Origin: Eledone cirrhosa
Lineage: Eukaryota
Assembly (NCBI GenBank): GCA_964016885.1
Contig: OZ024759.1
Span: 16,740,001-16,804,000 of the forward strand
Length of the DNA: 64,000 nt
Direction: 5' to 3'
In this document: positions 63,741 to 64,000 of the stretch, piece after piece
Layout: each line of letters opens with the position of its first letter
Position numbering within the stretch: position 1 is the stretch's first letter
Position numbers and translations under genes: made by a program
The notes under the pieces: generated by a model
What the model was told of the DNA's origin: nothing
Databases searched by the model: none
What the model saw: only the letters and a program-made list of their open reading frames with translations

Positions 63741-64000
63741 TAACCCTTTAGCATGTAAACCAGCCGTATCCAGCCAGAATTCTCTCACCTTCTGTTCAAA
63801 CCGGCTGTAGCTGGTTGCTTTAAATGCTAAAGGGTTAAAGTATTGTTCTCAAATAAATAACATAAAAATCTCATAGATTCGATATTATTTGAGGTAAAGC
63901 CTTTACCGTGAAAATACAATAGTAAATATAGAGTAATGTAAATACTATGTGAGATATTATGTGCGGTAAACCATTTACCATGAAAATACAATAGTAAATA

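Overview
AT-rich, repeat-dense animal genomic DNA. The SINE, RTE and microsatellite content suggests an octopod cephalopod, which is an inference. There are two spliced genes on the + strand. (1) The last 8 coding exons (272-10215) of a GABA-B receptor subunit 1-like class C GPCR (7TM, coiled coil, stop). (2) A PDCD11/RRP5-like ribosome biogenesis gene: 29 phase-consistent exons at 22904-63234 (1126 codons), an uncertain first exon near 21.0-21.2 kb, and a 3' end beyond the window. This RRP5 looks remodelled. It appears to lack two blocks of S1 domains, and one gap holds four recently duplicated, symmetric, Lys-rich exons. It also has a U12-type intron. Introns and the intergenic region are filled with tRNA-derived SINEs, RTE LINE fragments, TTAA and TA MITEs, Helitron-like elements, minisatellites and long hairpins. 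Most supplied ORFs are repeat artefacts. Exon coordinates were read by hand, repeat boundaries are approximate, and homology calls rest on recalled family sequences rather than searches.
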